NCBI GenBank assembly: GCA_964016885.1
Contig: OZ024740.1
Span: 262,260,001 to 262,324,000 of the forward strand
Reading direction: 5' to 3'
DNA: 64,000 nucleotides
Origin: Eledone cirrhosa
Lineage: Eukaryota
This document shows, in pieces, positions 14,536 to 28,045 of this stretch; within the stretch, counting starts at the first letter, position 1; each line of letters opens with the position of its first letter. The notes beneath the pieces were generated by a model. The model was not told the origin of the DNA. It saw nothing but the letters and a program-made list of their open reading frames with translations, and made no database searches. A program made the translations under genes and the position numbers.

Positions 14536-14934
14536 CGAGAGTTGACTGAAAAATTCAAAGTCTAACCATGATACTCTCGTGGAATAACTAAATGAGGTTT
14601 ATTTTTCAACATAGCCCCTGGAAATAAACAAGACATGTATTAATAAGAATTGTTTCTACTTTAGGCACAAAGCCAGCAATTACCCAGTACATTACTGGTA
14701 CTTTATTTTATCGACCCCTTAAGGATGAAAGGCAAAGTTAACCTCGGCGGGATTTGAACTCAGACTGTAAAGGGACGTAACTATGATAGAAAGTATGGCG
14801 TCCAACCCTCTACCAATACTGCCAATTCATCGCCCTATGATTAATAAGAATGGTTCAAATTAATGCATGGAAGATTTCACAGCTCTAGCATCACTCCTTC
14901 ATAGTCAGGCTATGAAGTTTTCAGCTGACTCTCG
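14536..14934. mobile_element. Mariner-like MITE interrupted by a SINE
   Basis: TA-cgagagttgactgaaaa ... ttttcagctgactctcg-TA imperfect TIRs with TA target duplication. Confidence 0.65.
14651..14836 (-). mobile_element. SINE family A with 12-bp target-site duplication
   Basis: attaataagaat at 14639-14650 and 14840-14851 flanks the copy. Confidence 0.9.
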
Positions 14935-14954
14935 TATGTATTTAGCGTGACATC

Positions 14955-15260
14955 GCGTCGCTTAGTGGTGACTGTATTCTGATCACAATCATATGCGCGT
15001 GCTTTCGATTCTCGGTGGTGCGCTGTATCATTAAGCAGGATACTTTACTACTCCCTGATCCAGTTCAATCAGCAGCAACAAATTAATTATACTTGTAATT
15101 CAAAGGACCAGCCATTTCACTCATTGTATCCAGCTGCACATCCCTGAGAATATTATTAATGGTACATGTGTTTATGTAATTCTCAGCAACTTGCACGCTA
15201 CTTTCACGAACAGGCTGTTTCGTTGTTCAAACAACTGGGTCATTTGTGCTCTGAATCGAA
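14955..15260 (+). mobile_element. Second tRNA-derived SINE family (B), diverged; related copies near 17910-18200, 21865-22080, 34443-34560 and 41300-41447 (-)
   Basis: tRNA-like head (best seen at 34443: tggctgagtggttagag...gtacgattccc) followed by tgtccttgagcaagacactt-like motif. Confidence 0.55.
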
Positions 15261-15506
15261 TTTGTACACGTCCAAACCTGAACCAATCACTCTAACTAGT
15301 AAACTACACACCATAAATTTAACTGGAGGCAAACCCTCTAACATTTAGAAAACAGGGGAACGTGTGATTTTCTGACGTTCTTGATATTACCGGAGTAATA
15401 TAAATGAATTTTGCTAACTGGATATGGAAGCTATGTTATAATCTCTACACAACACAAATGTATAATTTAAATCACTTGCATTCAATTATTTTTTCCTGTT
15501 TTTACA

Positions 15507-16040
15507 TAATTTGTACATAGTAATTAGAATTTTACAAAATAATGTTGATTTTAAGAACATATAATTATGGTTTCTTGAATGCAGCAGTATTAAAATTACA
15601 AGTAATTTAATGCGGCCTTTCAACATGAAAAGGTTCTTCACTTCTGGTCTAGTTTATAGGATGGACAGGTGTAATAGGACATTAATGCTCACTTCAATGT
15701 CATTAAATACAGAAGAGTTGTAAACATTTTAGACACAAATTTATGTCACAAGTTCTATTGACCTAATGTTTATTCTTTGTTTATGGTCCATAGAATTTGT
15801 GACATAAATTCGTGTCTAAAATGTTTACAACTCTTCTGTATTTAATGACATTGAAGTGAGCATTAATGTCCTATGACACCTGTCCATCCTATAAACTAGA
15901 CCAGAAGTGAAGAACCTTTTCATGTTGAAAGGCCGCATTAAATTACTTGTAATATAATACTGCTGCATTCAAGAAACCATAATTATATGTTCTTAAAATC
16001 AACATTATTTTGTAAAATTCTAATTACTATGTACAAATTA
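15507..16040. repeat. Near-perfect ~257 bp inverted repeat with 21-nt loop
   Basis: Arms 15507-15763 and 15785-16040 are reverse complements with only a handful of mismatches. Confidence 0.95.
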
Positions 16041-19000
16041 CGAAAAAAATAAAATTTTCTTGACTGCCTCTTTCAAGGAGAATTATAACTGATAAGCAGC
16101 ATGAGTTAGCTTTAAATGGTCCTTATAATCTATTATTTTTTAAATTCTTGTTGTCTCTCAGTGTAGATTATTTTATTGAATTTCCTTTTATTCTTTGGTA
16201 TTTAAAATACGTTCATCTTATGGTTTAATCTAAGGTAATAACAAAAACATATTTAAAAAATAATAATTTTTTGGAAATGTTTGATTCTTTCAAAATACAA
16301 CATACAATGGCCTAGAAGGCCGCATGAGGAGTTCAGACCGCAGGTTCCCTATCTCTGACCTAGTGGGTATATATGGTCTTAAACGTGCTCTATATTAACT
16401 ACAGTGGTGAGTGTCGTAGAGCAAGATGTAAGTACATGTACAGCTTGATTAGATTTTGACAATTGATTTACGACACCTTCATCCGAAGCCCATTTATCCT
16501 CTCCCCAAATAGGGCTATATAGTAATTGACGGATGTACCTGAACGGGAAACCACCAGGCAATTGCTCCTCTGTTTATTCTACTTGAGCGTAGGATAAATA
16601 AAGAAAAGATCCTAGAAAGGTTTCAGACTAAACAGGTTTATGTACAAGGAATAAATAAATATTTATTCTTATTTTATATCAATGTTTCCTATAGGTTACA
16701 GAACAGTAGAAATATATTTAAAGAACTCGATAGTACTTAAGCACCTTTTTAAAAATCAATAAGGAAACAATGTTTGAATAAATATTGTTAAGAGGAAGAT
16801 TAAACGAAAAGGTAGGAGGTTGGATGAGTTTATATTATGGAAACTTCTCATTGTATAAATTATATACAGAGGCCATTGTTATAAGAAAAATATCTAATTT
16901 GGTTATTGAACGTTTTGGGGCCATTTTAATTTTCAGTCGATTAGAGTCTACCAATAAAAAGTGTTTTTGAGAATTTGGAGAGCGTTATTAATCGTGGATG
17001 TATATAAATACAAATTATAACAACGGTGAAACTAAAATTGATTGTTAAACGATGTGAAAAAAAGAATAAAAAATGTTACGTTTGGTATCTTGATTTCTTC
17101 TAAATAAAGACTCCTTGTATACCTAAAAGCCTTTTTAATAACACCCACCAAAACGAACGATTTATATTGATTAAACAATATTGGCCGAGTTTGGCAGGGC
17201 ATTTTTATTTATAACGAAATTTCCTTTCTTGTTCAAGTTGAGCAAATATTTGCGACTGGGATTAATATAGTGTGTTGTTTTGATTGAGGATTAAACGAAC
17301 CTAAAAATATTATTAATCATGCCAAATATCAAGGAGAGTTTTATCTTTAACAATGAATAGAACCAATATTTTCGGTGACTTCATCCGACATGAAAATTAA
17401 TATTATCACTACTTGTTATTTTTCTCTGGCTACATTTTCGCTTGTGTTGTTTTCATCTTTGAATTGTTGGACATCTTCTGTCTGCTTGTAACTACGCTAT
17501 TATATATTTATCAATCAGCAAATAAAATAACATCACTTTAAATAAGCGTTTGTAATGTAATAAAATCCTACACGTTGCTTGGTTCAGAAGGAATTTGATT
17601 ACAAATTTATCTATGTGAGGAGATTTGCAAGAAAACAAGTCATTCAGATGTCAGTTGACTGGCTGAAAATGTCTACAGTTCATTTTTCAGTTGTGATGCT
17701 CTGTGGTCATGGAAAAGGCTCTGAATTCTAATAAAGCAGTTAAATGACGTGGAAAATATGGGGAACATATTTATCTGCTGACGGTATGAGGAGGTAATAT
17801 CTATAGAATTGCTTGACCTGCTACAAATCAAATCATGATCTCCCTTAAATCATATTATACAGTCATCAAAACGACCGAATTGACAATGAAGGCTTAGATA
17901 CCTGGACACAGGGATGACTGAGTGGTTGAGAAAGTTTCTCGCAACTACGAGGTCCCAGGTTCATTCTCACTGCGTGGTTTTGAGTTGAGCCGAATTTGTA
18001 AGCGAAATTAGGTAATAAGAAACGGCCTGGAAGCCTCTTTGATAGAGTGTACCTGTAATTCAAAGGTCAATCTATATTACGCTGATTTTTACTGAGAATT
18101 ATGTTATGGGCAAACATGTCAATAGAATAACATTCTACTGACATGTTTGACGCCATACCAGGTACGTATGTTTCTTTAGCCCTGAGGACCAACTTGTTCA
18201 ACCCGTGCTGATGAAAATTAACATATATATACTATTTTGATTACCAGTTGGTAGAACTGGTGATTCTGGTTGGCAAACCATGATGCAACAAATCAACAAA
18301 GCACTCAATATTATGCAACTCATCAATCCTAGATGTGGTATCCAGTTTTTGGTGCAGGAATGGAGTAAAGTATTTATTAAACAACAGAAACCGGACTGGA
18401 AAATATACTTTAAAATTTTAATTCCATGAAATCACTATATATATTTCAATGGCCCAGGTCCTTCATCCAAATATGATACAAGACATGACGATCTCCTCAG
18501 GCGATTTCAACAGAATTATATAACAGGGTTACGTTGAACCCAAACAGATCATGGAAGATAGGGAAAAGAGTAGGAAATTGAAAATTGAAAATTCAATTTG
18601 GGGACTGCCTGTAAAAAGACTGCTGTATTGGGAGGAGGCAGTTCCCGAATGCTGCTTGATATTAGCTTCTAGGGCTGGTAGGAGAGTTGGAGGACGTAGG
18701 TGCGGTCAAGTGGCGACACAAACATTCTTCCAAAAGAATGTCACCCCTTTATTACACACGAGTCTACGCTTTAGTGGAGATCTACAAATTCTAATCTATC
18801 GATCGCCTTTCAGACAATTCAGTATACTGTGACGGTACTTAAAGGGGTGCATAGATATAAAAATATCGTCTAGGAAAAAACAGTGTTAGGAGAAGATACA
18901 AAATATATTAAAGCTGCAATAATAATTGTTTCTACTTTTTGGCACAAGGCTAGCAATTATCCCAGTTCATTACTGGTGTAATTGTTGGCCTTATGCCAAT

Positions 19001-19974
19001 GGTTTCTGTAAGTGTTGTAGACATTGTAGTGGCTGGGATGGCGGCTTTCACATTGGCAGACACTGGCAAATGTGGAAAATCCTACCATGCTGCACGGGAC
19101 AAACTCTGGCCACTGCTATTGCTGCTGTTGCTGCTGTTAGTGATGCCGTTTGCACTGTGGCAATGGTAGCTAAGTTCACAATGGCGGTGGTGGTGGTAGG
19201 GGGAGGGGGTCTCAATTTTAGAGTCACAGCTGGCTTAATTGGGGTGGAGGGGTATTCCGTCCATATTTTAGTGTATATATGCGTTTTTGCGTTTAGCGCT
19301 AAATTTAGTGTGGCTTATCCTCATCCGGTCCCATGTTCTGGTGTATGAAAGTGAAGTCCAAAGTAACTGGGCTGTACTCGACCGAGTATATTAAAAATTG
19401 AATGGAGGGGAAATTTATTAATAAGCTAGTCAGTTATCAAGCACTCTAGGGTCATAGCCAAAGTCTGATCAACGTATCACTCCAAGGGTCGCATGTTCCA
19501 GGCTGATGGATTAATTCACTCCACCGACGCCCGCATATCGATGGAGATATGCACATATGTAGACAACTACATATTCCATGTTACCTCCTTGGCGTTATAG
19601 CCTATGTGGGAGGGGTGGCACAAGGTCAAACTTAGCTAGAAAAGCATAGTCAGGAAAAATCTATGTTTAACTGAATTTAATTCTGAGGTTGACTTAAATT
19701 AAATTAAACTAAGTTAAATTAAAATGAAAATTAATATTAAATTGAATTTAAATAAACAGTGGTTATTATTGAGTCTAGGGCTCCTTGAATATTACATAAT
19801 TTATCATATATGCAGTGTAGTACGCTATAATACATACAATAAATTGCCATAAGGTGGGATACAGATAAGTAAGAAAGAAATAATAACATGCCAAAAAATA
19901 TATAGAGTGATGTCTGATATAATGAGGATGTAAGATATAATATGAGGTGTAAATATAAAAAGATTGTACAAAGA

Positions 19975-20155
19975 AATAAGAGAAGATAAGAAAAATTAAG
20001 AAAAAATAAGAAAAAATAAGAAAAAATAAGAAAAAATAAGAAAAAATAAGAAAAAATAAGAAAAAATAAGAAAAAATAAGAAAAAATAAGAAAAAATAAG
20101 AAAAAATAAGAAAAAATAAGAAAAAATAAGAAAAAATAAGGAAAAATAAGAAAAT
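19975..20155 (+). repeat. (AAAAAATAAG)n 10-bp tandem repeat
   Basis: Directly visible. Confidence 0.97.
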
Positions 20156-22459
20156 AAATGCAATGGATAAAATATGAATATAATATAAAGAAAAAGGGCA
20201 TGAATATGCTTCCCCCTCCATACACACGCAAACATGTACACCATGACTCTAACACTATTCACTTTCCTGACATTTATACATTATGCTATGTACTATACAT
20301 GCACCTTTGATGAGTTGTAGTGCACCTGAGCACTGTACACTATAATTTCATTAGACAAAAAAGTATAAACAGAAATAGGGTGTTGGTGTAGATAAGACAC
20401 TAGATTAAAGTTCCATACTTTCAAGCAGAAAAGTGAAAAAAAACAAAAAAACAAACAATAATCTAGAGAGTTCGTCGGATCCTAATCCGGTCCATGTGGG
20501 AGCAGTGAGCCGGATACGATTAGGTCCAGGGTAGGAGGAAGACTAGGAGTCAGAAGTTCCTCTGTAGTAGTTTCTTTAATAATTTCTTCATGGCCTTTGT
20601 CTTCAGTGCATCAAAAAGCACTCAAGTGTAACAGGAACTATATTCCATTTAAGTCATTTTTATTACCAGTGGGGAGAACTGGTGGTCCTGGTTGGCAAAT
20701 CATGATGTAACAAATCAAGTATGCATGTATGTATGTGTGTGTACAAACACATACATATATGTATATAAACACACACACAAACAAACACACACACACACAC
20801 ACACAATACACACACACACATATATATATGTATGTATGTATCTATTTATGTAATCTTTGTGTGTGTCTGAGTGTTTGTACGTATATATATATATATGAAT
20901 ACTTTTGACGTCCATTTGAAACTTCTGTAAATTCACAGATGGAAATTTTTGTGGGGGTTTTATGAATATGGGGAAAGATACGAGTTTTTCAACTTTGGTT
21001 CGACTTTGGTATAACAAGTACTCAGTTTGCGAACTCGTAGGAGAGTTTACACCACCTTTTCTCTTGTTTAGTAAAGACAACTACAATAACAAATTTAGCA
21101 TGTTATCAAATGGCTGGAAACCTTTTTTCTAAGGATATGAGCAACTTGCCTAAGGGATTTTAATCTATATCTACACAAATCTGTTCTAGAACACCAGAAA
21201 AATATTTTTCTTCGATAATAAAAGAGATATGCAAGGTTTGTTAAGCTTTATATTGCCCCCAGGTATGCATTTTATTGGATTATAGATGTTGATGTAACCG
21301 CAGTTGTCTTCCAAAAAATTTTCATCAATAAAATTGAACAAAAAATATTTTCCAAGCAATGACAATATTCATAGAAAAGAGAAAAAAAAACAAAAAAACT
21401 GAGAGATTAACCTCATCTGATAGAAATTATCATTCGTATCTCCCATAAAAATCCTTTGAGGCTATGTATAATATATTGATTTCTTACCACAGCACTGATA
21501 TGTATATTCAAAGAGGAAAATCGATAATATTAACTGTTTAAGAGGAATAGAACTTGATACATGTATAAACTGAAACATGTTAGAACGTGAAATGGGGGTA
21601 GACATTTTTTTTTATTCCTGGGTAGTTGTGATACCTAGAGCGTATACTATTAAAACAAATCATTATAGCGTGTAATATTAAATCAAATTATTTATAAATC
21701 TCTTTTGTAAGACTTTGCTCTTCACATTGATGTGATCATGTCTAGTTCTGCCGGTTTATTATTCGTATTTAGTCACATATGAGCGGTATTATCCATGAAT
21801 TTGTCAGCTCCATAAAGACTAGAAAGAGGCAACAGACATTCAGTTCCAATATGTATGTGTGAAGGTGCATGATCTACTTGTTAAGCTTGTGAAACTGACG
21901 ATCGTATTGTTGTGAGTTACGTTGTGTTCCGAAGCGAAACACCTGATTTAAGTATAGTTAACTGAAAAGAAGTTCCACCATAAATGGGGTGTAACTCTGT
22001 AATGGACTGTTGCCCCGTCCAAAGGGGAGGGAGGAGAGTATTGAATTCTCAGTTGATCAACACCTATGAAACGGTAAAGCACCTACAATAAAGGAAGGTT
22101 TTGAAAATAGGAGCTTATAGTAAACATTATCATGGCGTGTGCTTAATATCAAACCTGGAAAATAAAACAAATGATCAGTGTAGAAGTAGTTTCTAACTCT
22201 GATTCGGAAAACCTAAATTTTGAGAAAAGTATCAGGACTGTTTTACTATGTTCGCTTTAATTAAGTATAACATTTAATTCCTATCAGTAATTTTCACTAC
22301 TATAATATTCAGTTCCGCGTTTCTAAATATCTTTTCACGCTGATAATAAAATTCTATAAATAAACATATAGACATTATATCCTTCATCAAAAGAATCTAT
22401 TCACGTGTTAACCTTTCTAGAATTTGTTCAGAATTTATCAAGTCAGCCTTGATAAAAAG

Positions 22460-22539
<80 letters not shown>

Positions 22540-22604
22540 ATCTATATCTATCTATCTATATATATATATGTGTGTATATATATATGTATGTATGAGTGTG
22601 TGAG

Positions 22605-22624
<20 letters not shown>

Positions 22625-22639
<15 letters not shown>

Positions 22640-25600
22640 AAGTGAAGTTAGGCGTTGTTTGTTTGTTTGGTGTCCCGAACTTGCAGGCTACACCGTTCAT
22701 CCGATTTTCATGAAACTTGACACATATATAAAACTCGATCCGTAGATTGGAATAGGCTACTTGAAGTTTTCGAAAAATCGATAATCGGGCTCCCAGAAGC
22801 CAATAATCGTCCGATTTCGATGAAACTCGACGCAAGTGTCTATTGTGATCCGGGGATGAACGTGGGCTACATTAAATCTTCAAAAAATCGATAATTGGAT
22901 TACCAGAGGCAAAAAAACACCGGCTACCGAAAAACGCCATTCTTCTTGCTTCCATTTGACACGACCCCCGCCATGCAAAAAACGTTCAATCTATCAGGAT
23001 TATTCACCGTAAGTCTCTTTAAATTAACGCTCACCATATTCAGCAAACCTTTTATGCCGATTCTTCCATTTCTTATATAAGAACTATCAAGACTATACCG
23101 CCGCGCATCATCCTGACTTGCGCCTAGTCTTCTCAAGCGATCATCGAGCCTCCATGCGCTCTCTTCATTCCCGTGGTCCCACTACCGTAGCATAATGAGG
23201 CATCCGTCAACCCCTGCCCTCTCCCTTCCCTGTACGCCGCCGACCCACTGCATCGTTGTGCAGCACCATGCGCATCTCTGCCCTGTTAGCCGCAATTCAT
23301 TCCCCGGCCCTTTCCATTGCCTTCCCTTCGTGGTCCCTAAGGACTGCCACGGCTCAACATGCCGAATCCCTGCCACCGTCAACCCCTGCCCATTTCCATT
23401 GCCTACACTCCGTGAGAGCTCAAGACTTCCATGCCTGACGAAGCCGCATCCCTCGCCATGCCGCATTACTGCCCTGTCGGCTACCATTCCCTCCTCAGCC
23501 CTTTATTTTTGCCTGCCCGCCGTGCTCCTTCAAGACTGCCATGCCTAACCAAGCCGCATCCCTTCTACCATCAAGTCCTGCCCTCTCCCTTCCCTGCACG
23601 CCATCGTCCCACTGCCTCGTCATGCCTCACCATGCCGCATCCAAGCTCTGTCAGCCGCCATGCCATCCCTGCCCTCTCCCTTACCTTCCCGACTTGGTCC
23701 TTCACGAGTGCCATGGCTCACCATGCGGAATCCCTGATCCGTCAATCCCGGCCATCTCCTTTCCCTGCACGCCGTCGACGCACTGTATCGTTATGCCTCA
23801 CCATGCCGCACCCAGGATCTGTCAGCCGCCACCCCCACCTCAACCCTTTATTTTGCCTGCCCGCCGTGCTCCTTCAAGACTGCCATGCCTTACCAAGCCG
23901 CATCCCTGTCACCGTCAAACCCTGCCCTATCCCTTGCCGGGACGCCTTGGTCCCTCACGACTGCCATGGCTCACCATGCGGCATTCCTGCCCTGTCAGCA
24001 ACTTGCTCAAATATCATCAGCATGGTTTATTCCTGCGGCGCACATAACCGCCCATTATCGCAGACCAAAGACAGACCACCGAACATGAAGACGATCCTGT
24101 GTAAGTCTTTTTACATTCATTTTGACCATATTTAACAAAATTAAACAAAAATTCATCCCTTTCTCCTCCCAAAACCTACCGATCATGTATGGCCGATAAA
24201 CATACTGCCTTGCACCCAGTTTTCTCAAACAATCATCGTGCCTCCCGGTGCTCTCTACATTTCCGAGGTGCAACTCAATTGGCATGCCGCAGCCATGCCC
24301 TATCAGCCGCCATGCAGCCTGCCCTTTCGTCATGCCTCATCATGCTGCATCACTGCCCTGTCAACCGCCATCCACTCCCTGACCCTTTCCACTGCCTAGG
24401 CATGGCAGTCTTGAGGGACCAAGTCACATCCTTGCCACCGTCAACCCCTGCCCTCTCCGTTCCCTGCACGCCGTCGTCCCACTGCATCGTCATGCATCAC
24501 CACGCCGCATCAATGCTCTGTCAGCCGCCATCCCCTCCTCGGCTCTTTCTTTTGCTTGCACGCAGTGCTCCTTCAAGACTCCCATGGCTATCTATGCCGC
24601 ATCAATTCCTTGCCACACGCTAAAACGTCATCAGCATGGCTTATTGTTGCTCCATTTGACCACCGATTTTCGCAGGCTAAACACAATACCAACGTGCACG
24701 ATAGTCCATGGTAAATCTTTTTAATTACATGTTCACCATGCTAAGCAAAGGATGAATAGCAACTCTTTCATTTCTCTTGACATGCCTTTCTGTCAATTAT
24801 GGCCGAGAAGCAACCTGTGTAGCATGGCATCTTCTCAAGCGATCAGCGTGCCTTCCACTCTCCTCCCAATTAATCACAACGCCGCATCTATTGCCGGCGA
24901 CGCCCCTAAACATCATCAGCATGGCTTATTTTTCTGCCACGTTTAACCGGCCCTCATTTTCAGCCATAAACAACAAAACCGCACGATAACGCTGCGTAAG
25001 TCTATTTAAATTAATGGTCAACATGTTCAGCTAAACAATTGTATCAATTCTTCCTCTTCACCTCCAAGGCCTATCCATTACATCTTAGAGGTCGGGATTC
25101 GCAATTTTTACGATTTCAATATTGACACAACAGTCCGTCAGGTTTTTCGGCCCATGTTGCTCCGATAGGAACATCAACGTGATTTCACTTAATTCGTAAG
25201 TGTTCAGTCTTCCGTATGCTTTTATTTTTTATTGATACAAGACCGACTAATTTCACTTTGTAGGCTAAACGCGAATCACAAGGAAAACAATCCTCTGATA
25301 TACAACCCCACCAAATTATTTTGTCTACCTAGATTTCAATGGCTATATTTTTTGCTTTTGTACGGTTGTACATTTGACAATGTCGCAAAACATTATTCCA
25401 CTTGATACTTACCTTTCAGCTATGAATTGGGCAGCACCTTAAAATCCCGGTTTATTTGCGTGCAATTTTTTGGTATCTTATGAATGGAGAATCGAAAACC
25501 CTTTTTCTCATAACCTGATACATGCATTACACATGCTCCATGGATGTTTGTGGACTATTTTTTCAAAATACCAATATCACAGATTGGAGCACAAAAAGAA

Positions 25601-26410
25601 ACGTTTGTTCTTCATTTATTTCGGTTAAAGCATCCTGCTGGAATTTAGCGCAGACCCGTTTAAATCCAGCGCCCTATAACCCCGAGTGTAACTGGGTACA
25701 CCAGCTAGAAAGACAAATGGAAACGTTGTTTCCTCGGTCCGATTTTACGAAAGTCGATTTAGTTCCACAACAAATTAACAAACCATACTTGAAGACACGT
25801 TGAGGCTGCTGCAAAGGGCAATAACCCCAGACACAATTTTGATCAACTTTTATTCACCTATAGCAAATTTACCGGGACAGGTTTTAGCTACTCAAATCTA
25901 GTTCAGAGGTCACGCATTCATGTAAAAAATCAATAAAACTGAAGCGGGGTTCGACTTTGCGCAAAAAACAAGGCAAAGTTGCACATGGGAAACTTTTTAC
26001 AGGAACGTCCGATTTTCTTGAAAACTGTCGCAAAAGACTCGCCATTATGCCGCGGTTCAGATAAAGTCCCTTTTATTTCTTCTTCTGGACATGTGAGGGC
26101 TAAAATTGTAAAAAAAAAAAAACTGAAAAAATCGACTTTTTGACCCTGCTTTAAAAATCAACTGAAAATTCAATTTCAAGTGAATTTGACTTCCGTCAGT
26201 TGTGCAAAGAACAATTTCAACGATACACTGTGAACCTACAATTGATCCATTATTTATGCACAATTACACATCTGCGTCTACTAACCTCTGTTTTTTCCCT
26301 TAAGGTTCGAAGGTTTTTGCACCTGTGATGCGCGGGAAGTAACTTTCATACATTTTAACAACAGAGCAAAGGTCGACTTACACCCGGGCAACGCCGGGTA
26401 CTTCTGCTAG
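22625..26410 (+). mobile_element. Non-autonomous Helitron 1 with GC-rich internal repeats
   Basis: 3' end cccgggcaacgccggg hairpin followed by CTAG (26407-26410); 5' ~250 bp is shared with Helitron 2; exact 5' TC is obscured by (TA)n. Confidence 0.8.
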
Positions 26411-27964
26411 TCTATATATATATAAAGTGAATTTGGGCAGACTTGCAGGCTACACCGTTCATCCGATTTTCATGAAACTTGACACATATATAAAACTCGA
26501 CCCGTAGATTGGAATAGGCTACTTGAAATAATCGGGCGCCCAGAAGCCCAAAATCGATATTTTCAAAGATCGTCCGATTTCGATGAAACTCGAGGCAAGT
26601 ATGTATTTTGATCCGGGGATGAACGTGCACAACATCGATATTTACGAAATTTGTCTGATTCCAATGAAAGCAAATCTGGTGTCACCTCTCTCTGTACTTA
26701 ATCACCCCGCTCTAACCTAACAGCTTCATTACACGTCGTTATGCCCACACGGAAACGTTCATGACTTACCTCCAAAAAACGATACAGCTACTGCTTTGAG
26801 ACGACGAATTAGGCGTTCTCAGGTATGCGTTCATTCACAATTGGTTAATCCTTTATGCAATATTCTCCCTTAATGTTAGCAAGCACTGCGTTTATCCTAA
26901 CTGTCACCACTTTTAAGCAACTACAACATTCTAATCGTAGTTATATTAAATTTATTGTCTTACCTTGATTCCCTTTTGTTCATATTACAATTTTCTCATT
27001 TACTATTGGCACAGTGCCTTTGGCTTAGCTAACCAGTAGCATTAATTAACTTTCTCTAGGAAACACCTGCTGAGCGCGAATCTCGACTCGCTGATAGACG
27101 TCTTTCTCGGCTGGGTGAGTCACCAACATCCCTTTACGACAAGACTTGCTGATGTTCGCCTTCGTCGCCAACAAGCGCTTGCGGAGGATTCACCAGCATC
27201 CCGTACGACGAGGCTTGCTGGTGTTCGCCTTCGTCGCCAACAAGCGCTGGGGGAGGAGTTACCAACATCCCGTACGACCAGGCTTGCTGGTGTTCGCCTT
27301 CGTCACCAACAAGCGCTTGAAGAGGAGTCACCAACATCCCGTACGACGCGGCTTGCTGGCGTTCGCCTTCGTCACCAACAAGCGCTTGTAGAGGATAACC
27401 AACATCCCGTCAGACGAGGCTTGCTGGGGTTCGCCTTCGTCGTCAACAAGCGCTTGCAGAGGAGTCCACGGCAGACAGAGACATCAGGCTTGCTGCTAAG
27501 CGTTCCCGGCATACATTAGCTACTGCTGCCAAGAGCTCAGGTTGGGTAAAAGTAGCCTTCAGATATAACCCCTCTGAGGATTACGGACTTCTGCCTACAG
27601 TTTCCATTGGCAAAATGGATAATGTCTGTACATCCTGCAAGGCTATGAAGTGGCCAGGCGAGGCCCCTTCTATGTGCCGTGCAGGAGGTAATGTGCAACT
27701 AGAGGCATTGGCTGACCCACCAGACGTTCTTCTGAATCTACTTACAGGTGACGAAACTACGGCTACAACGTCCCGCCGTAACATGTGGAAATACAACTCG
27801 TGTTTCATGATGACCTCCTTTGGTGTAGACAGTAACAACACCAACAACAGCATGAACCCCAACAACAGCGTTGCACCTGTGATGCGCGGAAAATAATTTT
27901 CACACATTTTAACAACAGAGCAAAGGTCGACTTACACCCGGGCAACGTCGGGTACTTCTGCTAG
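26411..27964 (+). mobile_element. Internally deleted Helitron 2
   Basis: Starts TCtatatatatataaagtg directly after the CTAG of Helitron 1; ends with the same hairpin and CTAG|T; carries a RepHel N-terminal fragment. Confidence 0.9.
26741..27830 (+). pseudogene. Helitron RepHel N-terminal fragment, with probable intron 26823-27059
   Basis: MPTRKRS...RRSQ|ETPAERESRL, 20-aa repeats, then IGKMDNVCTSCKAMKWPGEAPSMCRAGGNVQL...KYNSCFMMTSFG (RepHel Zn finger and YNS.F..TS.G motif); stops and frameshifts present. Confidence 0.85.
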
Positions 27965-28045
27965 TATATATATTATTATAACAGTTTTGTATGGCGCCAG
28001 TTTGTGATTTGAACTCGTGAATTTTATATTCTCCGAGCGAGAAGA

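Noticed and set aside
19737-20255. Phe-rich hydrophobic ORFs
   Set aside because: Translation of the (CTTATTTTTT)n repeat
24010-24925. Three minus-strand CTGATGA motifs in Helitron cargo
   Set aside because: No stem II, GAAA or UH arrangement follows; not ribozymes
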